DNA of 64,000 nt from a virus (IMGVR_UViG_3300025689_000001:32001-96000), one strand, 5' to 3'. Counted from the first letter of the stretch, positions 10,636-24,645 are shown. Translations and numbers: made by a program. Notes: generated by a model not told the origin, from the sequence alone.

Positions 10636-11552
10636 TGGCAACAATTGGTTTATATGATATAGACCTGCATCACGGGAAGGCTTTTTCAATAAGCCTTCCT
10701 CTCATGTAGGCTTACGCAAGGCTTAAATCAGAAGGACATTAGGTTATTATGATGAAGCCTTATGAAAAGACAGGAAGATACAATCAGATTTTTTACTTTA
10801 AAGATAATCCAAAATTGGAGGTTCCGAAGAAACTTGTCATTAATCAGGATAAAGGAAAATTTTGTGGTTTTGGCTTTTATGGAACTTCTGGCATCTCTTC
10901 AAAGACAATGGAGTACGCTCCTTCATTCGAACCTTATGACTTATTCAGCAACAAGATTAAAAACCTGACTCTGTATAAGTCAATCAGAAACAATAGTATA
11001 ATTGATTGGAGAGAGAAAAATTTTGCGGGGGCTAAAGGTGGAGCAGCAATAACCTACGTTACCGATAGAAACTTCCTTGATGAAGAAGACTGGGAAGAAA
11101 TCTTTGACCACTATGACAACAATATTGATTTCATTCATAGCTTAAAAGTTGATAAATCTGAAGAAGATAAGATGTTTAAACTTCTTAAAAAGCCATATGG
11201 CAATCATACAAGAATAGTTGTTCCTTGGCAGATAGACGCAGATAAGCTGATTTATCTATCGACCTGCCGCGGCATCGTTTTTAATATCAGTGACGCTATG
11301 AAATTAACGGCACAAATACTTATTTCAAAGATACTTGATATAAAACTTCCAATATATTCAACATATGAAACCGACCCGTTTATACTTGATTTAATTCACT
11401 GGAATAATGCAGGAAGAATTTCTTTCAAAGAATTTCTCGGAATCAACTGGGACCCGAATAAATACATCACATTTCCATATCGGTTAATGCTCCAGCAAGA
11501 CCCCACAAAAATCACATATGATGAATTGTGTGAGGAATATTTCGTAAAGTGA
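10635..11552 (+). CDS. hypothetical protein (TAG read-through; N-terminus MATIGLYDIDLHH...)
   Basis: ATG overlaps the dnaE stop (TAATG); two TAGs upstream of track ORF 10749 in the same frame. Confidence 0.75.
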
Positions 11553-11557
11553 GATTC

Positions 11558-11586
11558 TTGACTTTACTAATCAATTATGTTATAAT
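11558..11586 (+). promoter_or_regulatory. sigma-A type promoter
   Basis: TTGACT-17-TATAAT. Confidence 0.75.
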
Positions 11587-11609
11587 TATAATATAAAGGA
11601 GGGATTGAT

Positions 11610-11777
11610 ATGGATTATACAAACTTTTCGTTAGATGTTTTGAAGTTCGAACTCGAAAAGAAAGAAAAAGAACTTCTTAATGAATCGCTCAATTTATTCA
11701 CCTACAATCCTCGAATCTCTGAACTCACGAAAGAGATTAAGGAATTATAGGAAGAAATCGACAAGAGGGAGGACTAA
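11610..11777 (+). CDS. small coiled-coil hypothetical protein (one TAG)
   Basis: AAGGAGG RBS; MDYTNFSLDVLKFELEKK...KEL[Q]EEIDKRED; ends TAA. Confidence 0.7.
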
Positions 11778-11781
11778 ATAA

Positions 11782-12531
11782 ATGGCAGAACCAATTAAAA
11801 TTGACCTTTGCGGAGAGAATGGTAAGTTAAAGTCTAAGGAAGATTTTCTCAAAGATATGGAGAAACTTTACACCGAACTCGGTGGAAAAGAAAATGGTCC
11901 TTGCTACATGGATTTATTTACTGCTCCAGAAAATAGCTTCAGTCCTGATGATGTTCTTGATAGACAGCAGTTTATTGAACGTAAACTTTACATCGACGAG
12001 ATTAACGGTGAACTTGCGTAGTATGTTCTTGAACGTATTCAGTTCTGGAATTCTGAAGACGCTTTCGATGAGACTCCAGTTGAGGAAAGAATCCCAATTC
12101 AGGTTTATATCAACTCGCCCGGTGGCGAACTTATTGCAACCCTTCAGATTGTTGATGCGATAAGAAATTCTAAGACTCCTGTTTATACAATTGCAACAGG
12201 TTCAGCTTATAGCGGTGGCTTCTTCATTTGTATCGCAGGACATAAACGTATGGCATATCCTAATGCTTCATTCCTTTTCCATGAAGGTAGTACAGTTATT
12301 GCAGGTAATGCCGATAGAGTTGACCAGAACCATAAGTTCTATGTTTATCAGCGTAAGCAGTTAAGGAATCTTGTTCTTAGTACAACAAAGATTTCTAAGA
12401 AACTGTACGAAGAGCAGAAAGATAGAGACTGGTGGTTCGATGTTAAGAAAGCTATTGAACTCGGTGTTGTTGATGAAATTTGCAATGATGTAAACGGAGG
12501 TTTATACGAAGATGAAGACAACGAAGATTGA
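11782..12531 (+). CDS. clpP: ClpP-like serine protease (TAG read-through at 12019)
   Basis: IQVYINSPGG, TIATGSAYSGG (catalytic Ser), RMAYPNASFLFHE (catalytic His). Confidence 0.87.
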
Positions 12532-13327
12532 GGAACTTTTTGCAGGAGTTCCAAATAAAGACGGCTTTGATACAATGATGCAATTTGTTCAATTGCCTGA
12601 CGAACAGTTTGACCAGCTGTGGCCCAGCTTCAAACAGAGCTTCATGGATATTATTAAGTCAGAGAAGTTCCAGAGAGAGCAGAAAGAGGCTCTTACTCTT
12701 GTTCCAGGTGTCACAAGTGAAACACTGAAGGAGGAAAAGGAATACTACGAGGAAATCATTCACGATATTTCTCAGGAGCCCGACCTCTCAGAAAACAAGA
12801 AGGAGTTCTTTGTACTTTTGTTTAATGCTCTTGCAGACATTCATGAGTAGCTTCTTACAAGCGGAAGAACATAGGTTGAAGTTAAAATTACAAAGCTCAA
12901 TCCAGATGCAGTAATTCCTCAGTATGCTCATCCTACAGATGCAGGAGCTGATATTTCAGCAGTTGAGGAAGTTACAATTCAGCCTGGCGAAACAAAGATT
13001 GTTAAGACCGGTATCGCAATTGCGATTCCTGCTGGCTATGAAGTTCAGGTTAGACCTCGTTCTGGTCTTAGTGTAAAGACTAGGTTAAGAATTCCTAATA
13101 CTCCCGGTACTATCGACACAGAGTATCGCGGCGAAATTGGAGTTCCTATTTGGAACGCAGGTGATACCCCCTATGTTATTGAAAAGGGAATGAAAATTGC
13201 TCAGATGTTGATTGCTCCTACTCCAATGATTAAGTGGAATGAGGTTGCAACAGTAGATGAGCTGGGAACCACTTCTCGCGGCAATGGTGGTTTCGGAAGT
13301 ACAGATAAGGCGGCAAACACAGGATGA
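12512..13327 (+). CDS. dut: trimeric dUTPase with a ~120 aa N-terminal extension (TAG read-through)
   Basis: AGADI, QVRPRSGL, GTIDTEYRGEI, IAQML and RGNGGFGST motifs in frame with ORF 12512 across TAGs. Confidence 0.9.
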
Positions 13328-13332
13328 TTTAA

Positions 13333-14052
13333 GTGGCTAAACTTAAATATGAAGATATAAAAGCAGAAGTGGAGTTAGAGGGTTGGAAACTTCTCTCTGA
13401 CTCCTATACCAATTTAAAAACTCAAATGAATTTCATGTGCCCCAACGGACATGAAAATTACTTTACAATGGAATACTGGCGCCGCCATAAGCAGTGTCCA
13501 ATTTGTAAGAGTAACAAGTATTATCAGATGAATGATTCTGCTCCGAAAAGTAAGGGCTTTAGAATCTTAGCTTTCGACCAAGCAAGTATTACAAGTGGTT
13601 GGTCCGTTTTTGATGATGAAGAATTAATCAAGTTCGGTCATTGGGAATCTGATGGCTCTCATAGCACAGAAAGAATTATGAAGACCAAGCAATGGGTTGC
13701 TTCAATGATTCAGATGTGGAAGCCTGACTTAGTAGTATTTGAAGATATTCAATTACAAGTTTTCGATGGTGGAGAGCAAGTAGTAACCTTTAAGAAACTC
13801 GCTCATTTACAGGGCGTTCTTAAGAACTATTGTTATGAAAATGGCAAGATTTATAAAATCGTGCCGCCTGCCACATGGAGAGCTTTTAACGAAGTTAAGG
13901 GAAGAAGCAGAAATGATAAGAAAAAGAGTGCATAGCTGATTGTTAAATCGCTTTATGATGTTAATGTAACACAAGATGAAGCAGATGCCGTTTTAATTGG
14001 TCGTTGGGCGGCTAATGATAGAAAACGAAATGCTATGGTATAGTTTGGATAA
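13333..14052 (+). CDS. ruvC: RuvC-like Holliday junction resolvase with an N-terminal Zn-ribbon
   Basis: ILAFDQASITSGW, VVFED, PATWR, DEADAVLIG (after TAG); ends TAA. Confidence 0.8.
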
Positions 14053-14056
14053 ACGA

Positions 14057-14090
14057 AAAACCCCTCACAATTGTGAGGGGTTCTTTTTAT
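14057..14090. terminator. bidirectional intrinsic terminator between converging modules
   Basis: AAAAACCCCTCACAATTGTGAGGGGTTCTTTTT. Confidence 0.85.
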
Positions 14091-14464
14091 TTTATGAAGG
14101 GTTCGAGAAGCTCAAGCTCTCCAAGAGTTAAACCGAGAGGTTCGAGTTCATCAAGTGAGAAGTAAATATCAGGGAGAGTGATTTGTCTATTATTTATTTC
14201 TATAATTTTTAAACCACATTCTTCAACGCATTCTTCTTTAATCTTGAAGCCGCCGTCCTTGTTGACGATGAATTGACCATCTTCATTTTTTTCAGCGTAC
14301 TGTTTAAGAAGAAGGAACTACTATTCATTGATTAACTCCTCTTCTTCTCGAATTACTTTTGATATTTTAATGAACTTGTATTGAGTATTAATATCAAAAG
14401 TCTTCTCTTTTATTTTGTCAATTATTTTTGATAATTCCTTTAATCTCTCTGTTGAACAAATCAT
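14087..14464 (-). CDS. hypothetical protein downstream of the tail tip gene (contains tandem TAG TAG)
   Basis: MICSTERLKELSKIIDKIKEKTFDINTQYKF...LTLGELELLEPFIK; AGGAG RBS; start overlaps the upstream stop. Confidence 0.75.
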
Positions 14465-17400
14465 TATCGTACTCCTCCTATTTCAAATAGGTCTCCAAGT
14501 TTAACCCAGTTATCATCTGAGCCAGACGTTTCTGAGGTTGTTGCATAAGATTGGATTTTTACCTTTAAATCTGCTGCATACTCTTCTACAGTAGCTGCTC
14601 CACCAGGAGTATTTATTTTCACACTAGGACGTTTCCAATCAATATTATGCACATGGTCATGGAATCCTTCAATTCCTCCGACTGCCGCTTCAATTTCTCC
14701 TCTCATATTATTCACTGCACCGTCAATTGCTTCATAAATAGGACCACTACTATTACTAATTTCATTAGCAATATATTCATCAAGTTTCCAATGAGTATTT
14801 GGGTCAACGATAGAGCTGAAGCTAATAAATAAGTTTCCATTTGAATCAACCAACATTTTTGCATCAGGAATAGTTATTTTATCTGAAAGGTTAGTTGCAT
14901 CTGTTTCTCCTCCGATAGTACCTCCGAAAGAAACTGTACCATCTTTAGTAACTGCAAATAAATTACTTACTTTATCTCCATTCTGAACACAACATACTAA
15001 CAATCTTTGATTACCATTTCCAGTTGCATTACCATCATTCATACTTGGATTGTTTAAATATAAACCTACTGTTGAATCGACCGATGTTGGCGTTCCGCCA
15101 CCAGCTTCCCTACTCGCATATGTTCCTTCAGGTAATACATACACTATTTTAGCTTTCTTAATAAGAACATTTCCTGTTTCTTCCCAATAATAGAGTGTCT
15201 AAGTCGTTCCGTTTCCATATACTGGAGCAGCGGTTGAATCTACACCATTATAAAAAGTGATAGAAGTATTTGCAGTAAAATCTCCTCCATTATTGATGAA
15301 ATATTTCTTAGTATTATTTCCATGTATATCTCCGATATTGAAATAATAATTAGTAACAGTTTGACCGCTTCTATTAACACTAATTCCATATTTTGTTAAA
15401 ACTTTCTAACTTATATGACTTTCATCAGTACCAAGATAAACATTTGTAAGAGGAACTGTTGTTACTCCACTCTTTGTATAAGTAGTTACACTGGAATCTC
15501 TTCTAATTTCAATAGAAGTCTTATCAGGCTCATTACCAAATAAGTATGTTGCAATTAAGTCATTAGTAAACTCATTTCCAGTAGCATTAAAGTAATATGT
15601 TGTAATCTACGTCTCTTCGTCAGTTTCACTGGATGTGTGCCAATTAGGAATTTCTTTTGGTGTAGCATAGCCGAAACTTCCATAAGTAAGAGGTTTTACC
15701 TTATCAGTAAACTTATCACCGCCAGATTTCTATACTGCAAGAGTATTACTTACCATCATTTCGCCAATAAGTTTAATGATTGCGCTTTCTCTATCACCGT
15801 CAGAAGAGGCCGTTGTTTGGAAGATTGGCTCTCCATTATTATTATAAAGATAGAAACCAATTTCATCTCCAAGAGTGTCTTCTCCAGAAATTTCTCCACC
15901 ATTCTCATTATTAAATGAATAACCTGCTCTTAATTTGATATTACCATCTGCTACAATACTCAATCCATACTTATTAAATATTGCCGCGTCATTGATATTC
16001 TTTGCATCTGTTGTAAGAGCCTATGGGTCACGATAAGCTACGATACCATCTTTATCCCATGAGAAGTAAACATAAGCGCTATCAGCAATTCTTATCTTAC
16101 CCGCATCAAGAGTACCAACCTTAATATAGTCGGCATTAATACCACTTGGTCCTACACCAACACTCCAATGCTATCCTCCATCGTTTGAGAAGAATAATCC
16201 TTGTCCGTTAAGAACATATTTATTGGCGTGGTTGTTAATATCACTACCGCTTGTACCGGTATTGTCAACCTAAATATTATTCTCGTCAGTGTCAAGAAGC
16301 GTTAAGTCATTAGTATCAAGTGCGCCTTGTAAACTTGAATTAGTAATGTTTTGAAGTGAAGTGAAGTTTGATGAACGCTTGTAAATATTTTCATTATAGG
16401 TTAATGATTGAACTGAAGCAGTAACTTGCTGGAACAAATCTTGAAATGATGTAGTAAAGTTCTATACTGAAATAGTATCTTTACTTGGGTCATCAAGTCC
16501 TTCTTGAACCGCAGAAATAAGAACTTTTAGTCTATTAGGGAAGCCTGTATGCTTGTTAATTCCAAACATTCCGATATCTTCAACATAAGTAGTATCGGCT
16601 AAATCAAAGTCATAGATATCTTCATATTCTTCACTCAATGGCGCAAGGTCAATTACACTAATAGTATAACTAACTTTTGGTATCGCACCGTCTGCCGCGA
16701 CATCAAGAGCTCCGAAATAGTAAGCATTATCACTAAGATAATTGCTATCAGACCAAGTACCTTCTTTTAAGTATGGTTCATACTTCTTATAGAAAGCGGT
16801 AGAAATCTGGTTGATAAGTTTAAGATAACTTGCTCTCTCACGTTTCCACTGTTGGATTTGTAAATACTCTCTATTGAATTGACCAAGAATACCTGTAGTA
16901 TAAGAATGTAAGTCAATCCAATATTTTCTGCTTTCTTCCAAGTCTTTAATATGGTTAAAGAATTCGATTGCAGTTACTTCAGTTCCAGGCGCAGGCGGCC
17001 ATGAGTTATGGTCGAAACAGTCTTCTTTCCATACATCTTCATTCAAGTCACACTCTCTATTTGTATAGAAAGTTGAATAAATGAGCTGGGTTAGAATAGC
17101 TTCCTGCTCTGCAAGTTTTACTTTGAAATTTAAGTAAGCCTATTGAGTTTCATACTCTCCAGTAGTTGAATACATATTCTTGTATTTATCAAGCTGTTTT
17201 CTTATCTTCAAAATCTGCTCTTGAGCAGTTATAATGCCTTGATAATTAACTTCCAAATTAGCCTGCAATTCTGTGAAAGAAGCATCTTGTAAATTGATAA
17301 TCTTATTTGAAAGTTCGTCATAACGAGTATTATAATAACCAAGCTACTGTAAGAAACCTGAAGGAATTTCGTCGGGATTATCCTTAATACTCTTCTCATT

Positions 17401-20400
17401 AGGAGTGATACCATAAAGGTCTTGTTCTACTTCGTCGCCGTCAAGCATTCCCTTCGCGATATAGTAGCTCATATCAATGATAAAACTATCTTTTGATGGG
17501 TTATCTTCAGCGGTCTTAATTGAACATAAACCAGTTTTTGAAAGGTCACTATCTACATCAAGAACATAGAGTTTAGTAACAATTTTATCACTAACAATAC
17601 TTCTACTAATGTCTTTAAGATTCTTTTCATATCTAAAACCAATCTTATTCTCTTTACCCTTTTCTCTAATATAGAAAACCTTTTTAAGGTATTCGTCATT
17701 TTCATCCTTAATCACTGAACCATTAGACTTGTGTTCAATATAGAATTGAGGATAAACTTCAAATACTTTACTTGTCTGCTGTATAATATTGAAACGATTA
17801 GATTTGTTAATACTCAAAGTACGGATGCGTCTATCATGCTTTTCAGTAGGAAATCTAAAAGGACAATAGCCAAATTTCTGATAGAAACAAGTATGTCCAT
17901 TTCCATACTTACAGTCATGTTCTGTTAAATCAGCTTCTTTATCATAATAACTACATTTGTTTAAATCAATATAGTTTGTTTGGATTTCATAATCATCTTC
18001 TGTATACGCCGCGGCATCAAGAGGTAATACATCTTTACCAATCTTATCAGGGTCACTACTGATGAATGCCTTTGCTCCCATTGTATCATAGTATTCTGGC
18101 TCTTCATCTTTTGTCTTTAATCTTTGAATATAATAGTGCTGGTAACCGTAAGTTGAACCAAGCATAATATCGTCTTCAAAAATAATCATGTTTCTGATAT
18201 TGATTTGGTTTTCAACATCTTTGTCATAGAACGTATTAATAGTTCTCTCATATGCGCCTTTATCAATAACAGAAGTCTTCTTGGGTGCCCAGAACAAGTT
18301 TCTGCCGCTGTAACGATATTGTAACTTTCCATTTGTATTTGGAAAAGCATCTATACCTTTTGTGTATGCTTCAAAAAGATAAAGTCTTAAAAGAACAATT
18401 TTCTTTGCTGAAGAAATTACAAAGTAAGGATTTTCAATATCTTTCTTAGTCTTAAAAAGAATATAACGTGTATCAAGAGTTTCTGGAATAATGAGATTTT
18501 TCTTTTCGTCATTAAGATTCTCTGGCATAGAAGTGTGGTCTATAATTATATCTCCATTTGGTCCACAGTCAAATACAAGCTGATTTTCTTCTGATATTGT
18601 ATATTCTCCATCAGAGATAAGCGCGCCCTTACCAATTTTTATTTTGAAATCGGTATCAAAACAAGCAGAAACACCGAGACAATAGATTTTATCTTTCTCA
18701 ATTTTCTTGTCCTGTCCAATAATACCAAAGTTTACAATTTCTTGTCCATTGTTTGCAGAAATATCGCCGTCTTTTGAATCTGTCTTTGCATCTTTTAGCT
18801 CTACTTTGTTATCAGCTTCCCTGTATTCCCAAGAAGCAGTTTCAACAGTGTAATGTACTTTTCCAGTATTATCAGGAGCAATATAATCTGCTTCTTTTGT
18901 ATCAGTTATTTTTACAATAGAAAGCAAAGCTCTTTGCACAGCGTCGCCTTTTGCAAATAAGAACTTATAATCGTTTCCACTCTTAAAGTAATAATTAAGA
19001 CCAATGCCATAGATGTTGATAAAACCTTGAGAAGCCCTTAATGGAGCAATAAGATTATCCATAACACGAGTCTTCATTGTGCATTCGCTAATCTCTGACC
19101 ATTTACGACTATTGGTAGAAGAAAAGCTGAAACGCATATTATCTACGGCTGCACTACTTGGATTATTAGGTCCAGCTTGTCCTTCTTTAGGAACTACCTA
19201 AAAAATCTCTGCCGCTTTCACCGCCGCAGGCTGATATACTAAAGCAGAAGTTGAAATGCTTTCCTCATCTTCTGATTTTGAAACTCCTCTATGTGTTACA
19301 GTAGGAGTAATAAAGATGCTGTTTTCAAGAAGATAAGACATAGGAGACCAACCATCTGTAGAATCCATATCTGTACCATTCTGTACAAGGTTACGGGCGA
19401 GCTGCGGAATTATCTGACGTGTTTCAAGTTTTGAACATACACGATAAGATTGTTCATTTTTAGTTTTTTCTCCAACCTAATATTCCCAGTCTTCGCTACT
19501 ATACTCATTAGCAAAATCATCTGCATGAGCATTATAGACTGTTGTATACTGGTCAATCTCTTCGGAAATATTTACTTCTGTTCTATTTGTAATAGAAAAC
19601 TTCTTGCCTTTAACAATACTATTCTCATTTACATCACAAAGATAGCCGTCATAAGTAACATACTTATTTCCAAGAGAATCAACGTTATTCTCTTTATCGC
19701 TCTTATATTTAAAAGTATGACTGATTGAAGGAGCTTGAACATCCGCAGAACCAAGAGCCTCAGCTTGAACAAGTCTTGTATCTTCAAATATATACCATTT
19801 ATTTCCTTGAACTGCATTATTCCAATCAGCGAGAGTCATGAAGAAAGTATAATCTTTGTTCATAATAACTCCGCCGTCATCGAGTTCTAATATACCAGTT
19901 TTTGGAATTGCATAGAACTGAATGATAGTTCTTGGGTCAACAGACTGAGGAGCAAGAATTAGTTTTCCGTCTACTGCGATTGTAGTTTCGGTCGCCGCCC
20001 TGTCATACTTAAGTTTATCAGTAAAATTAGGCTCTTCCTCTGTACCATAGCAGAAGCCAAGGCATGAATAAGGAACATAAATATATCCATCATTTGGAAT
20101 GTCAGTATGATATTCTTTTGTAAGAGCGTTGCGAACCGTGCCGCCTTCAACATATTCATCCCAGAAGTAGCCGCGTGCCAAATCATCACTTAATTCAACT
20201 GGACGAGAATCTCCTGTGAAAACATTTTCCACAAAGTCTGTTCCTGTCTTTTCTTTGATTTTATCACGCTGTTCCTATTCAAGTTCGAAGTTTAACTTGT
20301 AGCCGTTAATACTGCCGCCGAAGCAACTAATTGGAATACGGTAAAGTTTCTCTTCTTTATATTCAGTAAAATCACCCCAGTTATTTTCGGGATGATACTG

Positions 20401-20880
20401 CCAAATACTATCTTCAAGAGTTTCTTCTGTAAATACACCAATTTCTTCGACGTTATTATTAAGTTCGGTATCATAAGTAATACCATAACCATTTCTTGAA
20501 AGCTCGTCGATAAAAGCATCAGTACAAGTAAATGATTTCATATAACTCTTAAACTGCTTTTTATCGTCAACCTTTTTAACAAAGAACTCAAACCATCTAT
20601 CTTTGTAGAAAAGTTTGAGCTTAGTCTCAGGAGCAACTAAGTCAGCAAATTCATTGCGGACAAAATCTCCTTTTAAAGAATCGAAATATCTATCAGGCAA
20701 CTGGAAAGTAAGGGTATTAGTACCCTTAATTTCCCTTTTAAGCACAATGTTAGTTGCCTTGCCTGGATAAGACATGTCGTGGGCGCCAATAATGACACCC
20801 TTTTCTTCAATTTTAGAATTGCTTCCATTGAGCTTTTCTACCCAAACGGAAAGCTCATATGGTCTTTTCTAAATTGCCAT
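14464..20880 (-). CDS. large tail tip / minor structural protein (~2138 aa, TAG read-through)
   Basis: Six track ORFs share one frame and are separated only by TAG; GAGGTG RBS; Tal-like N-terminus (NTLTFQLP...) and GINADYIKVGTLDA motif; position after Dit. Confidence 0.8.
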
Positions 20881-20893
20881 TGTCTCACCTCAC

Positions 20894-23800
20894 TTAATAG
20901 TACAAAGGTGTATATTTAATCTGTAATCTATTTAACATATCTGCTACTGCCCAATAAAGTGGAGGGAAGTTTGCCCATACATAGTTACAAGCATACCACC
21001 ACCAGTCGCTAATATCATTGTTAATACAACGAAGCGGACGACCAGTTATGTCAAAATCATCAAGGTCAGGACCATGTCCTCCAGTCTTATCAGGGTCAGT
21101 CCAAACGCCACGGTTTACTGTCCAAGTATAATATGGAGCGATACTTGACCAAATACTGTTTATGATTTTTAAGAACGCATATTCGCCATCATTCTTATAT
21201 TTCTTAAACAAACTTATCGCAAAATAATTATACCACTCAGAACTTTCATGGAACTAAAGCTGACTCTCATACCAAACTTTAAATTTAAGCAGTTCATCTA
21301 CTGGGTCTTCAGTACCACTTATATCATCGTGACTATCCTCATATCCTTCTAAGTTTTCCTCTGGAATAATATTTTTTACAATGCTTTCTTTTGGATAAAC
21401 TGCGAAGAACTCTTCTCTTGCTAAATCATAGACATAATCATAAAGCTGTTGAACTTCACGCTTATTTCTATTTAAATCGCCGCCATAGCCCCAATCATAA
21501 AGTCTTGCGTCTTCCCAACGTTTGCCGCCCCAAAGGGACTCATCAACAACTGGCTCAACACAAATCAATGACCAGCCAGGAGGAAGTTTAAACCATTTAC
21601 CCTGTGTAATAGCATCATTCATAACAACCTTATTTGGCTTGTATACAAACTCCATACCATAAGGATTTGCAGTAGTATAAAGCATACGGTTATCAGTATT
21701 GAGATAATAATAATCATCAAGAAGGTCATTAATATATCCACCAACACCGATTGTGTTATCAAGAGTATTAATTAACTTTGAATAGATACCTGTTTCGATA
21801 AGATACTGTCTATCTGTATCAGTATACTGTCTACGAGAACCCGTAAATACTTTATCAGTTCCTTCACCAACTGCTTCTAAGAATTGTCTTGCAGTTTCTA
21901 CACCAGATAACGCCATTTGGTCAATTTCAATGTAGTCGTTAGTCATCCATTCTGGCATTTTATATCCATTAAAGACGTCATTAGCGTAATCCAAATCTCT
22001 CATATCTGAATTGATAAATTCAGAAGGATGATTGATATAGCTGTCAATGAACTGGTCAATCATTTCTTCTTCAGTTGGCTTATAATGGTTAGGTCTTTCG
22101 CTGTAATCAAGAGAAGACCACCAATCACCATAGGTCTTTTTCAAGATTGGAGTAAACTCTTTAAGTAACATTTTTAAGGTTTTCCAATAAAGTTCATATT
22201 CTTCCTCTTCAGTAATGCAACCTGCGAGCAATTCTTCATATCTGTTAGCAAGCTCAATTCCTCTCTCGAAATCAAGGTCTTTATAAATCTCTCTATATGC
22301 ATTGCCGCGGTCTGGTGCATTTTTAACGACACCCTCTGTGCTGATATCTGCGAACATTCTAATGAAATTAACAAGAGGATTATTTATGTCTTTAACATGG
22401 ATTTCTTCTTTGCCGTCTTCGTTTGTAACTTTAACCAATACGTCTTTTGCAAGTTCTCCATATCTTAAATCAGCAACCCAGTCTCCAGTAGGAAGTCTAT
22501 CTCCTCTCCACTGAATTGTCTGCCAATAGAAAAGTTTAATATAGTGTCCAAGTTTCTGACGAGGAATCGGTTCAACATAATAACAATGATGAGGATGTGC
22601 TTTTCCAAGTCCTGCGAGAGTTAATGCTGGAATAAGCTATTGCCATGCTTCATCATCTAAATGTAAATTAAAAGCTATTTTATCAGATTGAATTCCAGGG
22701 TCGACATAATTGTCAAGCTCTGCTGGTGTCAACTCATTAAAGGGTTTATCTGGATAAACATAGTTTTTATCGCCCCATCTTTTATCAGCTGGCATTATTC
22801 CCATTCGTAAAGCAGCAATTAATTCTTCTTTTGTATAGAAAGAATTAATCTCTGCATGTGACCCAGGTTTTCTAATCGGTGGTAAAGAATCAAAATCAAT
22901 ATCACCATTTTCAAAAGCCTCAATTATTTCGTGCATATTAACTTTTCTTCTCTTGAAATACTTAGTGCCATATTTATAAGGCTCGTTATCTGCCGCTTCA
23001 TAAGTAGTAAGTCCGCACCAATCGACAGCATTTTCAATGTTTAATCTTTCAACGTTAAAACGTCTAATTCTAAACTTCGTGCCGCCGCGGCAAGACCAGA
23101 AACTTCTCTTATTTTCGTCAAAACGAATTTCCCACTCAACAGGAAGGTCACCTGGATTGTACACAAGCATACGAGAACCAATCATAGCTCTGCCACTGTT
23201 AAAACCGAGGTCCATATTGATAAAATCGGTTTTTGAATACTGTGGCAAATACATAAGCTCCTAATCATAATCAAGAGTAGGAGTATAAAGAAGTTTTGCG
23301 GTACTCTCCCATTCAGGTACGTTATCCCAATAGCTTCTTACATCGATAAGAGATTTTTCACCATCAGGTGTGTCAAAGAATAACTCACCTGCAACAACCT
23401 GGTCGTATGTAGGGAAACCCGTTTTCCAAGGCGTTTTATCATTAGGCTCCCAGCTTCTTCCCAAACGGTTTCTATGAGTTTTATCTCTGAACTTATGAGC
23501 GTTAATATGAGTCTCTGTTGTGCCGCCCTCGTAATCGCTTGGATTTGTATTGTAATGATAGTTAATATCCTCGGGTAAATGACGAACATCAACAGAATCT
23601 TTCTTACTCTTAACGAAAGTATTGTCACTATATGCTTCTTGGATAATACACTGTGGAGGGTTAAGAGTATAATAATCTGCCGCCCTTACAACATATTTGT
23701 CAAAGCCAAAAGCATATGGAAAATAACAAATAAAAACGAGTTTACCAGTACCTTTATAAACTCTTTCACCAGACTCTTTATCAGTAAAACAAAGAGACTT

Positions 23801-24136
23801 AAATTCAGGTTTTGATTTAATCTTCGCTCTCCAAGTCTTGTATGGCTCTTCATCGAAAACTAAATCCTATAACTTATCTGTCGCAAATAGCTATCTAATC
23901 TTTCTGTAAATCTATTCAGAAACATTATCAAAAGCCAAGTTACAAGTAATCTCTCTGTTTTTATAAACAGAACCAAAATAGTACTGTCCATCGCTGCCAG
24001 GAACATCAAGTGTAGTGTCCGTAGGAGCAGGAAGGATTCTTGGCTCATATCTATCAGAGGTACTTACGACTTCCAAATGTAAGTCACTTGTGTGAATCTT
24101 ACCAAAACGGAAGCCCTAAAAGTCTTTAATTCTCAT
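20894..24136 (-). CDS. distal tail protein-like (Dit) with large insertions (~1080 aa, TAG read-through)
   Basis: N-terminus FRFGKIHTSDLHL...DVPGSDGQYYFG...LVFDEEPYK; C-terminus IKYTPLYY; four track ORFs in one frame. Confidence 0.75.
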
Positions 24137-24623
24137 TATTTATCACCCTCTCCCAATGATAACCAGCAAAGGTCTTCTATCTTCCGCTTAGACAAGAACT
24201 AATATTACTCATATTTTTATATCCATAAAATTCTGAAGCAGCTTTTTGACTTTCAAAAATTTGACCGGTTTCTACACATCTTACTTTATTTTCATTTTTC
24301 TTCGCACGACGGTCAATGCCCGTACCATAATTTATATTTTCTTTACAAGTCATCCATTCTAAATTCTATAAATTATTATTTAATTTATTTTCATCTTTAT
24401 GATTAACCTACATTTCTTTATATTTTTCGTGGGGATTAAAGATCATTAAAACTAAACGATGAACACGATGAGCAATCGTTCTTCCATCTTTACGGAGTTT
24501 AACTTCATAGTATCCATCTTTAGTAACACATGGCTTAAGATATTTTTTCCTATGATAGGTATAAATTTGACCTTCATCGGTAACTGCATATTTACCTTCA
24601 TATCCTGGAATGTCCTTTATCAT
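24126..24623 (-). CDS. free-standing NUMOD4/HNH endonuclease (TAG read-through)
   Basis: KDIPGYEGKYAV...VHRLVL...EM[Q]VNHKDENKLNNNL[Q]NLEW. Confidence 0.85.
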
Positions 24624-24645
24624 TTTCTTCACCTCACTTTTCTTT

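Noticed and set aside
14464-24136. Diversity-generating retroelement acting on tail genes
   Set aside because: No reverse transcriptase and no template/variable repeat pair noticed.
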